DNA of 63,724 nt, the filler included, from Choristocarpus tenellus KU-1152 (taxonomy: Eukaryota; Protista; Phaeophyceae): NCBI GenBank assembly GCA_964200185.2. It is 11 parts of 11 records of this genome, joined end to end, with 100 filler letters (N's around TTAATTAATTAA, not from the genome) between each part and the next. Parts side by side here need not be neighbours in the genome. Positions count along the whole stretch, not along the records: positions 25,543 to 42,273 come from CAXNAD020000782.1; 10 more parts are not named here. One strand, given 5' to 3'. The notes beneath the pieces were generated by a model that worked only from the letters and a program-made list of their open reading frames with translations, was not told where the DNA came from and made no database searches. Positions within the stretch are counted from its first letter, which is position 1. The number at the start of each line of letters is the position of its first letter. The translations under genes and the position numbers were made by a program. Shown here piece by piece: positions 25,601-39,450 of the stretch.

Positions 25601-26349
25601 TGGCGCGGAAAAACTACCTAGGCAACGTTTATACCATGGCGGTCAAGAACCACTCATTTACGACTATATGTGGACGATGTGGCGGTCAGAGACCACTCAT
25701 TGTACAACAATGAAGGATGATGGTTCCCTCGGAGCCACAGAGGCCTTCGCACCCACGGAGATGACGAGGCTAAGACGAAACCCACAGATGCCGCATGAAG
25801 ATCACTAACCCAAGTAGGAAAAGAAAAGAATCCAGGCGGGCGTAGGAAGCTACAAAGAATCCTAAGTGTTGAGGTGAAGACGGAGTATTCTCTCCAGTTT
25901 GGAGAGAGGCGGTAGGACCTCCATGCTACAGGCGCCCCTCAGAACTCACCTCCACAGGATGTTCAACTCAAATCCAATTCACAGATTAGCGAATGTCAGC
26001 TCAGCAGAAAAGGAGTACTCTCAGATGAATCAACTAGCACAAGGAAAATATGTGTATCGATATCAGTAAGAGAGAACTGAAAAAGGTGGGGTCTCTAGGT
26101 CGGAAGAACTGAGCTGTTTAGAGTCGTTTTTAGGATCTCTTATTTTCATTTATTGTTGGGGCTTCTTTGGTTTGCAGACATTGGAATATATCTGAGACCT
26201 TTGTAACCTTTCCATCTGGGAACCCTTGCGACTTCCCCGAGTTACAGATTTTATTCTGCAACTTATTAGCAAGTCAGAGTTCCCCCTTTTGGGGTTTCCC
26301 ACGCGCGTACACTGCTCGCGCCGGTTAAAGCGCAGGAAGAAATACTCAC

Positions 26350-26857
26350 ACTATTCGCCTGTAACCGCTGTAACCAAGACGGAGAGGATGAGGGGTTCAG
26401 GTTGGACATGGGGACAAGAACTGAGGCAGTGGGGAGGATTATACAGTTCGGATAGGGTTCAGAAGAGAAAGCCCCCAGAAATTGAAGATCGACCTTCAGA
26501 ATAAGTGCATGCCTGTTGCAATACAACTAATTCGCTACCCCATGCAAGGCTTGATTTTTCTTCCACGTTGGGTTCAGACATGCCATGGGTTGTCTGTCCT
26601 GGGTCTTCCGTCCGCCTTGTCCCTTAAATTTGGCCCGCACTCCCTCTGTCGGTACTGAATCTTCCCACTGTGATCTAACGGGTCCCTTCTTTGTAGTTTA
26701 GAGGAAGTTAGTAACGTCCAGGTGTACCTTTTGAAGGGGCTTGTGTTGTGCTTGATCGAAATCGAATTTCTAGCGAAGAATATCTTCTCTGCAACTGGGG
26801 TTCGAACCTTGGCATTCATTCCCAGTTTATAATAAACAAACACTCACTCTCTACCAT
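26350..26857 (-). CDS. Possible first two exons (26857-26848, 26420-26350) of an unidentified gene divergent from NAA60
   Basis: ATG GTA GAG A|GTGAGT donor; pyrimidine-rich CCTCAG acceptor; the in-phase join MVEILVPMSNLNPSSSPSWLQRLQANS ends at a second GTGAGT donor. No homology recognised. Confidence 0.3.
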
Positions 26858-26946
26858 ATCGGATGTATTGATCGATAATGCTTGTACGATACGAGAGTAG
26901 TTAGAGTGGAAGGTCGTAGGTGGTGGACCACCCATAAAGGTGTCCA

Positions 26947-29900
26947 ATGACAGAGCCAAGGGTCAAGAAGCGGGAGTGTTTCAAGTTGAGATCCATGGAG
27001 CCCTTAGATCTGGAGGCGGTGAGACGGTTGCATGAACAATGCTTCCCAGTGCGTTATGACATGGTGAGTGACCGATGCCTTCAGATTGAGGTCCTGTCAG
27101 AACCACTCCACATTAAGGTATCACTAAATAATGTGCCGCCAAGTAAGGTGAACAGATGTCTGTTTACTTATGCTTCTGATTGCATTATCGAGTATTAGCT
27201 GCTGTGATTCACAGATTGATTTGTAGTCCATGATAGAGTTTTGCGGTTGGTCTGCTATTCCTTGCCAGCATTCTTCGATGCGGTAGGACAGATATATCTG
27301 GTAAACCTGGCTGGACTATGGTTTGAGCAATGTGGTGGTGTTGCCTTGAGTACTGTTGTGAGCGAATGGCGCCTTTTGCAACCAAAAGCAGTAAAATCTC
27401 TACCCTACAGTGGTGGAGGTGTTAGAGACAATTTGCCCTGGAGAAGGCTCGACGTCTTCTTTCTGTTGCCTGCGTCAAATTACCACACCCGTTCCCTCTC
27501 TTAAGATGTGTATGTCTTAGGGTTATTCGCAGGCTAAATTCCAGCGGAAGTGTTGCAAAAGTTTTTGTCGAGGTGTAGTAACTTTTTGAAAAATTCTGGG
27601 AATACGCATACCTTGTTTTCTTCTTGGATGTGACTTGGGTTTCGGTCGCTTGTGGAATCCCTTTGATGTTGTTGCTCCAACTTTAGGAATGGGGGGAGCC
27701 TCGTTTGCCATGCTGGCTGGCCTTACTCAGGTTTGAGAGTGAATTTCGACTCCAGCGAATTCTGAGACTAAACCTACTTCTGTCTCTACATGTTTTTGTG
27801 TGCATCCTCGGGGTCCTGCTTTAATACCGGTATCCTGAGGAGTTGGTATTCCTCAGTCTTGGGTGGTGATACGTTGCTCTGAAGTATTGCTGAATTTGAG
27901 TTTGTTACCTAACATCTGCTTGTGCCCCTGATTTCTCCTGACATTTTCTATCATGGTAATAGGCGATTGCCGCTTAGCCCACGCGCAGTGCATTCATTGT
28001 CTGCTCACAACCCAGTTTCTTCTTTACATCATGCCAAATATAGATCCTGTTCGGAAGAAATGCCCTGTTAAGTGCTTATTCATATGGCCGCTGTACATTT
28101 CACCCAATCTGTAGCTAAGGGGGCATAGGTTGACCTAATTTTGTTATTGGAAACTGGATCAGTTGAGGGACGTATGCTCACTGCATCATACTGCTGACCC
28201 TACCTGCTCAACCAAGAAAATAAGGCCTAGACCAGAGGCAGTGAATGTTGTTGTGAGAGGACCACAATCGGTATATTAGTGTGAAGTGTTGAATTAGTGC
28301 AATTTCTATATCTTTTTTGCAGGTGAATATTAAAGATTTGTCAATATATGTCGTAAGGATCCAGTATGGTTGGACATTGAGTGGAGTTTTGAATATACAC
28401 CATTTTTATTTTGTTGATTGATTTCTTGCATCTTTTCTTGGAAATTTGGGGAATTGTTTGTTCAAATCTTCTACACTAAGTGTAAAACTATGCATGAATC
28501 CCTTACAACATGCAATGGGCACTCATAGACTTTTGCTCAGTCAGGTGAAACCTGTGTACTACTGTGCACTTTAATCTGTCCAGGGATTGCCTGTAATTCG
28601 ACATGTTTTGTTTGCCATGTAAAGAAGGGCTGAAGAATCAACTGCCATAGTTCTTGTGCACTAGTGTTGGCCATTTTTACTGATGATTCCGAATGCCGCC
28701 AGTGTGTGATTTCAGAGCTGGTGCCTAGCATGATATTACTTATTCATTCTGACCTTGAACCCAAGTATGATCAAGAGATCGATCATGTTACGCTCTATTT
28801 CTGTTACTATTTCTGTTTTGTTTTTGTCATATTTTGTGAACCTGGACTATGTGCAGGCCTTCACACTTTGCACAAAGCCTCCGACATGTTGATGGACATA
28901 TTGAGTTGAAGAAATGAGCAGTTGAGTCAAGAGGATTAATGCTAAGGGCATACCACAGTGCTCTGTTCAATATCTTGGTCTCAGGGTTTGAAGAACAGTA
29001 AGGAAGGTGGTGTAATTGATACTGAATGAAGAATTACTTTGAAGTGCTGCATACAAGCAATATTTCAAATGAAGCCCTCAAGAAATACATAGATGTTCTG
29101 CCATCGTTCACTAACATTTGTCTGCATATGCAAGGAAAATGGTGGCAAGTTCACTCCTTGCCTGACCACTTCCCTAATACTAAGACTACTACCCCATTTC
29201 AGAGGTTTTATGAGAGCCTGGTAAGAGGTTTTATTTCCAAGGGTAGTGGTTTTCCTGAGGAACCTCTTCACACATTAGTTGCTGTGGGCACTGGACATTG
29301 GCAACAACATAGCAGGTATATTTGACTGACACAGTCATTTCAAAGCCATAAACTTGGGCACAATACCCTGCTCAGCACTTCACAATTTGTACTATATCCA
29401 CCCGTAAGTATGTGCAGTGTTTGGATATGATGGAGTGTGTTGCTCCAGTTGCTTTGATACTAGCAATTATGAATCAGTGGTAGTTTTTGTAACTAAGATA
29501 CATGCATTCAGTGTTATCTACAATGCAGGAGCTCAAATATATACCCACCGAACCTCTACAGTGTAGGGTTCAATCAAGACAGTTGCTCTTACCTCTCTCC
29601 ATTGCATCTAGAGCACATGGTTTGAAAGCTATCTATGTATGGCACCCCCTGAGGTATTGACATTTGGTTCTTTCAGTAGGACTTAGTTTTTGGGTGTTGG
29701 TTCCTATTTAGGGTTAGGAGCTTCTTTGCATTGATGTGATGTTCTCTAATAAAAAATGTGTAAGAGATGTGAACAGTTGTTGGATGTTTAGTATAGTTGT
29801 AAAGAGAGAGAAATGATCCTGGTGAGAGTATTTTTTGTTTGTTGCCATACTTTCACCCAGTGTCTTCTGAAATAATATATTTACCATCTAGTAGTAGAGG

Positions 29901-32900
29901 AATCACAACACAATAATATATGTTCTTACATGTTTTGGGTTGTCAATGTATATTGTTACTGAATATCAAGTTTGGGATTGGGAGGTCTAATAACTCATTT
30001 TTAAGGTGTTCCTATTTCATTGAGCCCTCTTAGTAAATGGATGTGGATGGTTTTATAATATATTTTGGAAGGAATAGGAAGGCACAACACTTTGATGGTC
30101 AGGGTTGGGTAAGGGATATGTATGGTAGTAAAAGGTGTTTAGACACTTGTTATTTCTAGAACGTGTTTTTTTTGCTTAGGATTACGTTAATGGTCAATGT
30201 CATACTTAGCTGAGATATAGTAGGAACTATTGAGGCATTTACAGTCTTCCGTTTTGTCATCTTCCTTTGTGCTACCTATTTGCCTCACAATTGTGCAAGG
30301 AGAGCAAATTGTGCTATGGGACCATCAGATTGGACTTGACTACTTGATTCTCCTGCTGTTTGCTTAAGGATCTTGGAACCACATTACCATCACTGTAGAT
30401 TCCCTAATGGTTTTGGAATGAATTTCCTCCAATTTTGTGCCTCTTGTTGTCTCAACTCAACACATTTTTTGTGGTATGTGCTCCCCCGTGGTCTGGTGCA
30501 AGATTGAGGGGTAGACCCGACACAGATATTGGAGAAAAGAGGGTGGCGGAGGCTAGGATAAACAGGGATGTGGAACTAGGGCAGAGTACTGGTGCTCGAC
30601 TCGTGAAAGAAGGCGAGATTGCTGGTCTCATCACCTTTCAGGTTAGCAAAGTGGGAATTATTTCTGATGGAGCATTGGGTCAGAAAAAAAGGTATGGGTT
30701 ATGGAGGAACTTGAGAAAAAAGCGTGGAAATAGTTTTGAGAACTTGTACAAAGGACCTTTAGAAATTAAGGCACTATTGTTCTTTTTGATGTGCAGAGTG
30801 CAGACGGGGTCAGTAACCTTGTAATTTTGCTAGGATAGCAGTGCAGGGCATGTGCAAAGTTTAGTCAAGGTATGTACCATGGCTACAATAGTTTGAGTTG
30901 AAAGGGTTGGTCAATTCTCAATACAGCAACTGCGAGGCAGTGTAATCTGGGAATAGTTAGAGAGTATGTTAAGTATTTGGACACAATGAGTTGTTTCATT
31001 GAACTCAAGGTCCAAAACACCTACCCCTTACCTTGATTTCATATCAAGATAAGAGTCAAGGATAGTGAACTGTAGCTTGACACAGCACATCTTCATTTTT
31101 GTTTTACTATCTATCACATGTCTGGTATGGCCACTTCTAGAGTATGTTGAGCACGAAGTTGAAATTCATTTGGTATATCGAACCTTGTGTGGAAAAAAAG
31201 TGTTACATTTTCTCTGACCAGACTTTCCCTATAATATGACACTTGTCAGTTGTCACCGGGAAAGTAAAGTTGAACTTTTAGATTTAGAGTAACTCGAAAC
31301 ACTGATCTTTCAGTGCCCTTGTTTTGGTCAGTAAGAGGCTGGGAGATTATCTCTTCCATTACTGCTCCTCAGAGCTATGGTGCAAATGCAAGGGGCAGAT
31401 GTTGGGAAGGGTGTATATTGTGAGAAAATAGAGCACAGTTGGAAGACAACAAGTCTCTGTAGGCTGAAGCATTGATTTGAGTGCTAGATGTCCTACAACA
31501 CGGAATTGTAGGTTTGTGAAGTGTCCCTGAGGTTGGCATGTGTGTGATGTAGTAAATTTAAAATGTTTGTGGCCATATCAACTATGTAGGCCAACATTGC
31601 CAAGGGTGATTTTCTCTAGCAATGTTGCCATTGCATGAATTGGAATAACCCTAACCCTAACCCTCCTGCCCGCGCTTCGTTGTCTGTTAATAAATGAAGG
31701 CACAACTAAGTATACATCACCAATTTCATTCAATGGGAAAGTCAATGTACCTAGGTCACTGTAGGTGTGACATGTCACATACTTAACTTTGGCATCAACA
31801 ACATTTGGCCCCCTGACTAAAGGCCCGTACCTTTCATCACATTTTTTTGTCGCTTTTCTCCTTGTCTATTTTGCATCATCTCTTGTCATTATTGTTGTCA
31901 CACCTCACATCTTTCCAGACATATCAAAATTACCAGCATGATCATTGTAATAAAGTGAGAAATATCCACAATGTTCACATGGACTCCTTCCTAGAAGAAA
32001 AGATCTTGATGAGTTGAAGGCAATAATGCAGGGGAAAATCAAAGTTTGTTTCAAATATATTATTTCGAAGAACAACTTGTAGATATGAAAAGAGGCGAAC
32101 CAGAAATCAGAAAACTATTGTCATTTTTAACAGTGTATCCTTTTGGCAATCCCCAGCTTTTTTTTCTCTTCCCATTCAAAACTTAGGGTTAGGGTTAGGT
32201 TTGTAGAATTTACTGTCACTAGGGACGTATCTAATGGTATAATCTAGCACTCTCTAGGAGTAGAGAGACAGCACAAATGAAGGAGTTTTACAACATCACA
32301 TGTTTCCATAGCTAGTGCCATCCCCATCCCTAACCCTATTTTTTTATTTATGTCTCTTCCTCACCTCTCTTTGGCCATGTCTGAACTTAAAGGCTTTGAC
32401 CAGTAGTATTTCGATGCAAAGATGCTAATGTCTAGGGTAATGACTCTAGTTTTGACTCTGGACCTACACCTCTAACGTATCATTAGATTCTGCAGGAGAA
32501 TGTGTTGACCCCAGTCCAATTTTGTCAGACCCAGACCCAGTATTCTTCTCTTGTTCAATAGTAGTTTAGTTGAGCAACATTTGTAGATAACCTAAATGCT
32601 GTGTCCATTCAACATTCCCCTTTTCAAAAGGTGTTGCCACTTAGCAAGTGCCAGGATGCAGACTGGTTGGATATTTGGCAACCAGATCTACATCCAGATG
32701 TGGTATACATACTAAACCTTGGAACAGAGGAGGTTCACAGGAGAAAGGTGGGCAGCTAGCCCCGGCTCAAACCTCTGTTGAACTCAACTGCCCCTCCCAA
32801 TCACTCTTGACCTTACTGATGATCGAAATGGAGCTAGGATATGTTTGTACAATATGCAGATTCTCCTTGGATATATAATGATTCAATGATTGCAATGGTG

Positions 32901-34926
32901 ACAAACCATTGTAGGAATAACAAGTTCTACCAGCACCATCTGGTAAAGTTTCAATTTTGTTGGTGCATATGGTTTCTTCTGTGGGCACTAACCTTGATGT
33001 TGGCCCAAGCCTGAAGCGCTAGCACTGTTGTGTCCAGTTTCATTTTGTGGAACCAAGTAGTCTGCTTCTGCTATGTAGCCCTTGATCCCAGTCTCAATTT
33101 TGCTCTGTGGCATACGATTGACCAAAGTCCGCTGGGATCATAAAGCTGGAAGAGGCAGTAGGATGTTGAAAAGGTACTTTCAGAATTGTTTTGTTGATTA
33201 CTTTTGTCCTTGATGTGGGAGGTCTGGATTAGCTACATATGTTGAAATTGGTTAAGAGGAAGTCTATTGTGAGTAGGGGAATTACTATCTTATCTAATGT
33301 TCATCGTATTTTCATATTCTCATGGAAACTGATTTTAACAAATGTTGCAGGATAGCCTTAGAGAAAATAAGGTAAATAATATGATAATACTGCTTTCGAA
33401 GGTATCATTCTACAAAGCATGAACAGTACCAAGTATAGCAAGGTAGCTGGCTATTTTCTGAGTAGTTGTAGTTCACCAATCAACCTGGTCATTCTCAACT
33501 GTGTGCCAAACTGCTGAAATCAATTATGCTCTTATCATATTTGAATAACAGAGCATTGCAAGCTATTCAACCCTTGTAGCCCCAACCTTTTCTACTGTGG
33601 AGTTTTATTATCCCAATTTTTGGGGGGAATATAATGCTGTGGTGAGATTAGTGCAATTTTTCTGTTCTGGATACTAATGATTTTTGCTTTAAATCCTCAT
33701 GTCAGCAGATACGAATCTAGTTTTAGTTTCGTAGTCAAGGTTCTTGCGACACCCTTTTTGACATTATTGGAGAATATGCTAAAATAGCGTTACATGTCAG
33801 GGACCATTTTTGTGGGCGGTAAAATGTAATCCTTTGTTCTAGCGTCAGAGCAGTCGCTGACCATACAAAGTAGATACCACTATCCTGATGCCACAATGAG
33901 CTAAATGCTACATGTTGTAACTGATGCTATCCTACACTTACTGAAACATTGTGCCCTTAAAATACATTTCATTGACCAGTGCAGTACTATAGATGTATCG
34001 GGGGTGGCATGGGAGTGAAGATGTTTTGTGCAGGTGCTGAAACAGTTGAAGATGCTCTCCTTCTCACGATACTATGTGCATAAGTACGACTAAGGTTCTG
34101 TGTTTCCTATGTCAGGGAATAGGAAGGGTGCTGCTGGGTCGATGCCTGGATCATGCAAGAAGAAGTCCATCGGTGGGTGCAGAGGTCATTGTTCTGAAGT
34201 GACTATTTTAGGTTTATGGACAATATTCACTTCTTGCTGTGCATTTTATCATCGTAGATCCATTTCTTTTACTGTGTTGTACATATCTGTCCCTATAGGT
34301 GGGGCACCAGCTGCAAAATGATTGAATTAATCATTAGCACCAGACTTACACATTTGTGCATTTTACCCTATTCCTAGGTGGGTGCAGTGTACCTACACGT
34401 AATTACAGAGAACCACCAAGCGATGAGCTTCTACCAGTCAGAAGGGTTTGAGAGAGTTGGGGAGATCCCAGGTAACAGCCCAGTTGCACTTGCCGTGAAA
34501 CCCTCACTATCATCAATAAGCAATCATGACACACGCAACCATCCCTCAGCAATGGTGAATAATCCTACCATACAACAACTCCACAATATTTACATGTGGT
34601 TCTGCTGAAAGCTGGAAAATGTCTTGCTACTTGCTGGGGCTTCTACCGTAAGCACATGCTAGAAAGGTGCATTGCTGGTTAGCTATGCTGAATGAGTCAT
34701 TGTTTTGTCATGAAATGCTGGACTACAAAGTTTCTGGCAAGCAGTAGCTTGAAATTACAAGAGAAAGGTTTGACCTAATGCTAATCCTTGCTTTTTCCCC
34801 TTTAATCTCTTGTATAGAATACTACTACATTAATGAGAAGCTGTATGATGGCTACATCTATGCCAAGTACTTCAATCGCGCAAGGGCATCATACGCAACC
34901 AGATTGGGACTGGGGATAATATTCAG
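26947..34926 (+). CDS. NAA60: N-alpha-acetyltransferase 60-like GNAT (NatF). Exons 26947-27063, 29203-29315, about 30503-30641, 32631-32747, 34116-34172, 34378-34471, 34818-34926; last exon not resolved
   Basis: Phase-compatible GT-AG exons give ...DLEAVRRLHEQCFPVRYDM|RFYESLV...EIAGLITFQ|...VYILNLGTEEVHRRK|GIGRVLLGRCLDHA...|VGAVYLHVITENHQAMSFYQSEGF...|EYYYINEKLYDGYIYAKYFN. These are the FPxxY, YILxLG, RxxGIG, YLHV and YYxI...Y motifs of the NAA50/NAA60 family, with the NAA60-type C-terminal extension. Confidence 0.85.
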
Positions 34927-36199
34927 GTCTGGTTGTGAGGTGTGGTACTATGTTATGGAGTCTTTGATGCTTGACTCGTGCAAGAAGTGTTCAGACAGTG
35001 GGGGGAAAATAACTGTTTATTGTCTATGCTTAATTCCATTTTTTTTGGTTGAAGATACTGGACTTTTAAAGCAAGACAACGTATATTTGAATGAAATTTT
35101 CTCAGTCGCCAAGAGAGCAACATCCAGCACTGTGACGTTTTTATTCTATGCTGGTTCACTAAATAGAATATCACCCCCTTGAGATAATTTTTTTAATTTG
35201 GACTACATTACGAAAGGTTCTGTTCAGGTATTATACAGGTATGTATGCTGTGTGACTGAGCCATTCCAAACTTGTTTCACTCAATCGGAATTATTTCCCT
35301 GACTGTTCTAACAAGTTGCCAGACACGTGAAACTATGGTGTGAATTTGAACTATTAATATTCCTTTACATCGTAGGTATATTTTATGTGGATTTGAAAGG
35401 TACATTAATGAATTGCTGGGGTCATTCTTTCCTCCTTTGTTTTGATTTCTCTTTCCTTCGCCAATGGACAGTCTTAAGTCTAGGGCTTTAGTTAGGACAT
35501 TGCATTGAGATTGAAGGGGGAGCTGGGGGGCTGGAGTTGGCAAAGTCTTAGTGAGGGTGATAAGGTTGGTGTAATGTACTGGCCATTGCTGAGTGTCCTG
35601 ATTCTTTGGGACAGGGGAGAAAAGCTTCTTTGTATTGATGTGTATGCAGATGGTGACAATGAGGATACAGAATCTGGTGATGGTGAATCAGTGGATCCTT
35701 AGTGTTTGATTGTTTACATCAGCCTTCGAACACAGCAATGGAAGTGGGAGAACTCATGCCTCATTGCTGTGACCGCAAAGGTTGATATCTACATTCCAAT
35801 TCTTCTAATCATTGGAGTCCTCATCTTTATTTTCACAATTTGCATATGGAGTCCCTTTATGCAGGTCAATATTTAATCCTACAACCTCATATTGATCATA
35901 GTTGGACATCGTTAAGGCATCGGGGAACTCAAGAAGCATCACTGCTTTCACTCTAAACTCACAATCCCTGCTTCTTAGGCTTTCCTGGCATAGCCCCCAA
36001 TTCCTGTCTTGACCTAACAACCACCATCCACCCCCACCAAAGCCCAATAACACAGCCCAAATTCCCCCATTATCATTCTCTACAGTAGCACATGCCGAAA
36101 GTCACATCATTGGTAGTTGAATCATCATCCATCCCTAGAACTCGGATTCCCTTGAAGCTCCATTGTTGACCCTTAAAGAGATGGCACTCTTTCCAGTAT

Positions 36200-36720
36200 A
36201 GTCAGGGAGACCAAGCACATTGGCCCTCATCAGTATGTTTCCATCAGCCCCCCTATTTGTAGGCTATTCCAGCTCGCACAAACAAGTACTTTGCTGCTGG
36301 CAGTTCCAGGTGGTACATCTCGACCTGCTCCAGTACTTGTGCTTTATTGATGCTACAACCTGCATGCGCACTCCCAGGACAAGCAACCCTTAGGATTCAC
36401 TGAATGCAGGGAACACCAACCCCTGCTTAAGGCTGGCACCTCCAAGGAACAAGGAACAAAAAAAAAAACTTACTTGTTCTGTCCTGTGCAGGTGACTGTT
36501 GCCCAGCTCAGGCACAGACTACCTCATTGAGGACAAGTAAATCTATTTCCCCCAGTCTCTGACACAAGGACATGCCATAGATGTGACACTCATGCACTCT
36601 CCCATCCAGAGTTCACTCCATCACCACCTTCCCCTTCACAACCATTAACATCTCACTACGACCTCCCGTCTTTGTTCCCACATATGGCACCAAGTGTGTT
36701 GTATCCCTCACGTTTGAAGT
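36200..36720 (+). mobile_element. Heavily decayed copia pol fragment (SH3-like to RT N-terminus)
   Basis: FVGYSSSHK at about 36256, upstream of and co-oriented with the YVDD fragment. Confidence 0.35.
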
Positions 36721-37164
36721 ACAGTTGCCAATACCACCCCTGTTAAGAACCATGATTCAATTAGACTTGGACCTCGATCATTGGCATTATCATTTCACTT
36801 CATTTATCTTTGGTTAGATATATGCAAGGTCTTGCACATTACAGAGGTATGCTCTTTTCATTCGAAGAGTTTATCGACTGTATTGACTAAGTCAGAGCAC
36901 TTCCCATCGAAATATCGAGGGAATTGCTCGGTTAAGGGTGGGTTGGTTACAGTTGGTGTCACCCACGTTCCCACCACTAAAATTTGCCTGTAGTCTTCAG
37001 TTATTGAAACTCTAGTAATCCTCTGACCTACTGAAAAAGTAGTTAGTGCCAACTACTTTGCACAAAGAATTGTGTAAGGTTCACAACTTGTTGAAACCTT
37101 GAATTGGACGAAGTTGTGCTCTGAAATACAGATTGGCAATGATGTGGTGACTCAGGCACCAGAG

Positions 37165-37705
37165 TCCTTGTCTATGTGGATGATCTGCACATCACTGGCA
37201 CCAACCTTGCCCTCATTGAGTCTACCAAGCAGAAACTCCAGCACTGTTTCAACTTGCAAGACCTGGAGAATGCTCACTGGATTCTGTGGATTCAAGTCCT
37301 ACGTGATCTAACTTGGCATGAGATTCTTGTTCCCAAGAGCTCTTTGTCACCATTCTGGAGCGGTTCATGTCTGAGTGCTCTGCCTTGGCCACACCTGCTG
37401 ACCCTCACAAATATTCTTCCACCCCAACACTCTCCACCCTACACAAGAGAACTACCTCTATCAGACCCTGATTGGCAGCCTACTCTATATCCCCATACGC
37501 ACCTGTCTGGACATAACCCATGTAGTCATTCAACTCACCAAAACCATGGCTGTCCGCTCATGTCCCCACCTTGTTGCAGCTTAGTTTGTTATGCTCTCCC
37601 TTCAGGGTGCACCCTGTTTTTCCGTTCAATATTGCGCCTGATCATTCCACATAACCCAGCAACCTCAGCTATGTTGATGCCATCAATGCTAGCGACCCTG
37701 GGTCA
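37165..37705 (+). mobile_element. Ty1/copia reverse transcriptase remnant
   Basis: LVYVDDLHITGTNLALIESTKQKLQHCFNLQDL..., YQTLIGSLLY and LSYVDA, with frameshifts. Confidence 0.85.
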
Positions 37706-38899
37706 TTGTAGGTCGAATTGCTGGTCATGTGATGGCTCCCTGGTGGCCCTCAAAGATGCTGATTGGGGTCTTGATTCCAAAGTCAATGGATGAGAGGTGA
37801 CTCCAAAGGTAGTGGCCTCTTGAACTGCATGGCTCGCAGTACGGGTCTTACTCTATGTGTTGGACAGGGTAAGAGTAGATAAGACTCTTTTTGCTGGGGG
37901 TTGGGAAAGGTAGACTGGTGAGCGCACTTTTGAAGGGCAGAGCGGGGGCCACCCCAAAGTCAGCTTAGGGGATTGCTAGAGTTTCAATCTCGGTCGTTTC
38001 TCCCTCCCCATTTTGCAACAGCTGTGCTCTGACTCCAATCTTTGGTGCTCGTGGTTCTTGTCCCCAAACTACCTGTTGCCATGCTTTATATCTAACACTT
38101 TGTGGAACCTCTGGAAGATTCATTTGCTCACCATGGAGCTATTCAAACTTGCCAACATTAGTGTGCATCTGTTTCACATCCTTCTCACCCTTCTGGTTTA
38201 CCTATTCCAACATCACCTCTTCTCCCACTCGTTTTGAACCGCTTTGATCTAACTTCTCAAGCACAGCAATGGACCTCACCATTGGTAGTTATGTGCAGTC
38301 ATTCTCTCACCATGGTTTTTAACACAACTAAACACAATACATTTGGAGAGTGTCAGCTACTTCCTGCAGGGGGAAGCAGTACTCAAGAATGTTTTTAATA
38401 TCTTGTGGAACATTTTGAGTTAGACAAATATATATATATATATAGTTGGAAACGTAGGGGCAAACAAGATGTCATGATGTGGAACTGAAGATACGTGCTG
38501 TTTTAGATCTTGAAGAAATACTTCAGAACCTTAAAGTAGACTGGAGGCATTCAAAGCATATATAATTTGCAACGGTTTAATTTATCAGATGGATTATATA
38601 TGGAATGAAAGCTAACATCCTAACATATTAATCAGGCGATAGTAGCACCTTTGACACACAACATAGCATGTAATAGGATGCATAACATGGAGTATTTCTC
38701 TTTTGGGAGAATGGTTTTGCTTATTCATGACACTAGAGGTAATTCATGGGAAACGCTGATATACACTGGACTCATAGGGTATGTTTTTATTTTGGTGGTT
38801 CAAGTCATTTTAATTGTAAGATGCTGAGCCTTGCACTTGATGGCAAATAGATTAATCTATGTAGACAATGACAGTCTCTTCAACATCCTTCTAAAGGAC

Positions 38900-39450
38900 T
38901 AGGTCACCGCATCCCAATGGAAGACCACATTTCCCAACAACCGCTGTGTGAGGATGAAGAGCTCCATCTTATTGGGCTGTGGTTTTAGGGGCTTGCTCCT
39001 CTCCCTGAAGTTCACTTGAGCAATCCCTCTTTCAGCCCAAGAGGGGCAAATATTCCGCTTTCTCATTCGAAGTTTCACGATGCTGAAATCCTTGTCGTAT
39101 CCCAATCCCGTTGTTTCACAGACAGTCTCCACCGCCTCAGTTTGGCCCTTCCGCTTGTATATAACAAACTCTTTGTACAGGACTAGGCTTGTACGTTCCC
39201 ACCCCCCAGAAAGCACCTCTCTGCTGACCAATCCAGAGTTTCTCCAGCTGGTCTTTGGCCTTGGCTTCCCTATCCTCTCCAGCAGTATGTCTGGCAGCAT
39301 TCAAGCCCCCATTCCTTCTCACTGCAGCTATGCAGGTCCTTGCCTCATCTTTGGTTGGCCTCCCCTACCCCATCTTTTCCAGCATCCCCTCACCTGCAAT
39401 CGCTTCTGCAGCCAGCCCACTTACCTTTTTTTTCCCATTCAAGGAATGCT
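38900..39450 (-). mobile_element. Possible LINE ORF2 C-terminal remnant
   Basis: RGIAQVNFRERSKPL...RL resembles the QxRxxSHxL region preceding the zinc knuckle. Weak. Confidence 0.3.

Noticed and set aside
27470-27800. DIRS-type RT remnant (PRIFQKV)
   Set aside because: Single short motif with no recognisable YxDD; insufficient.
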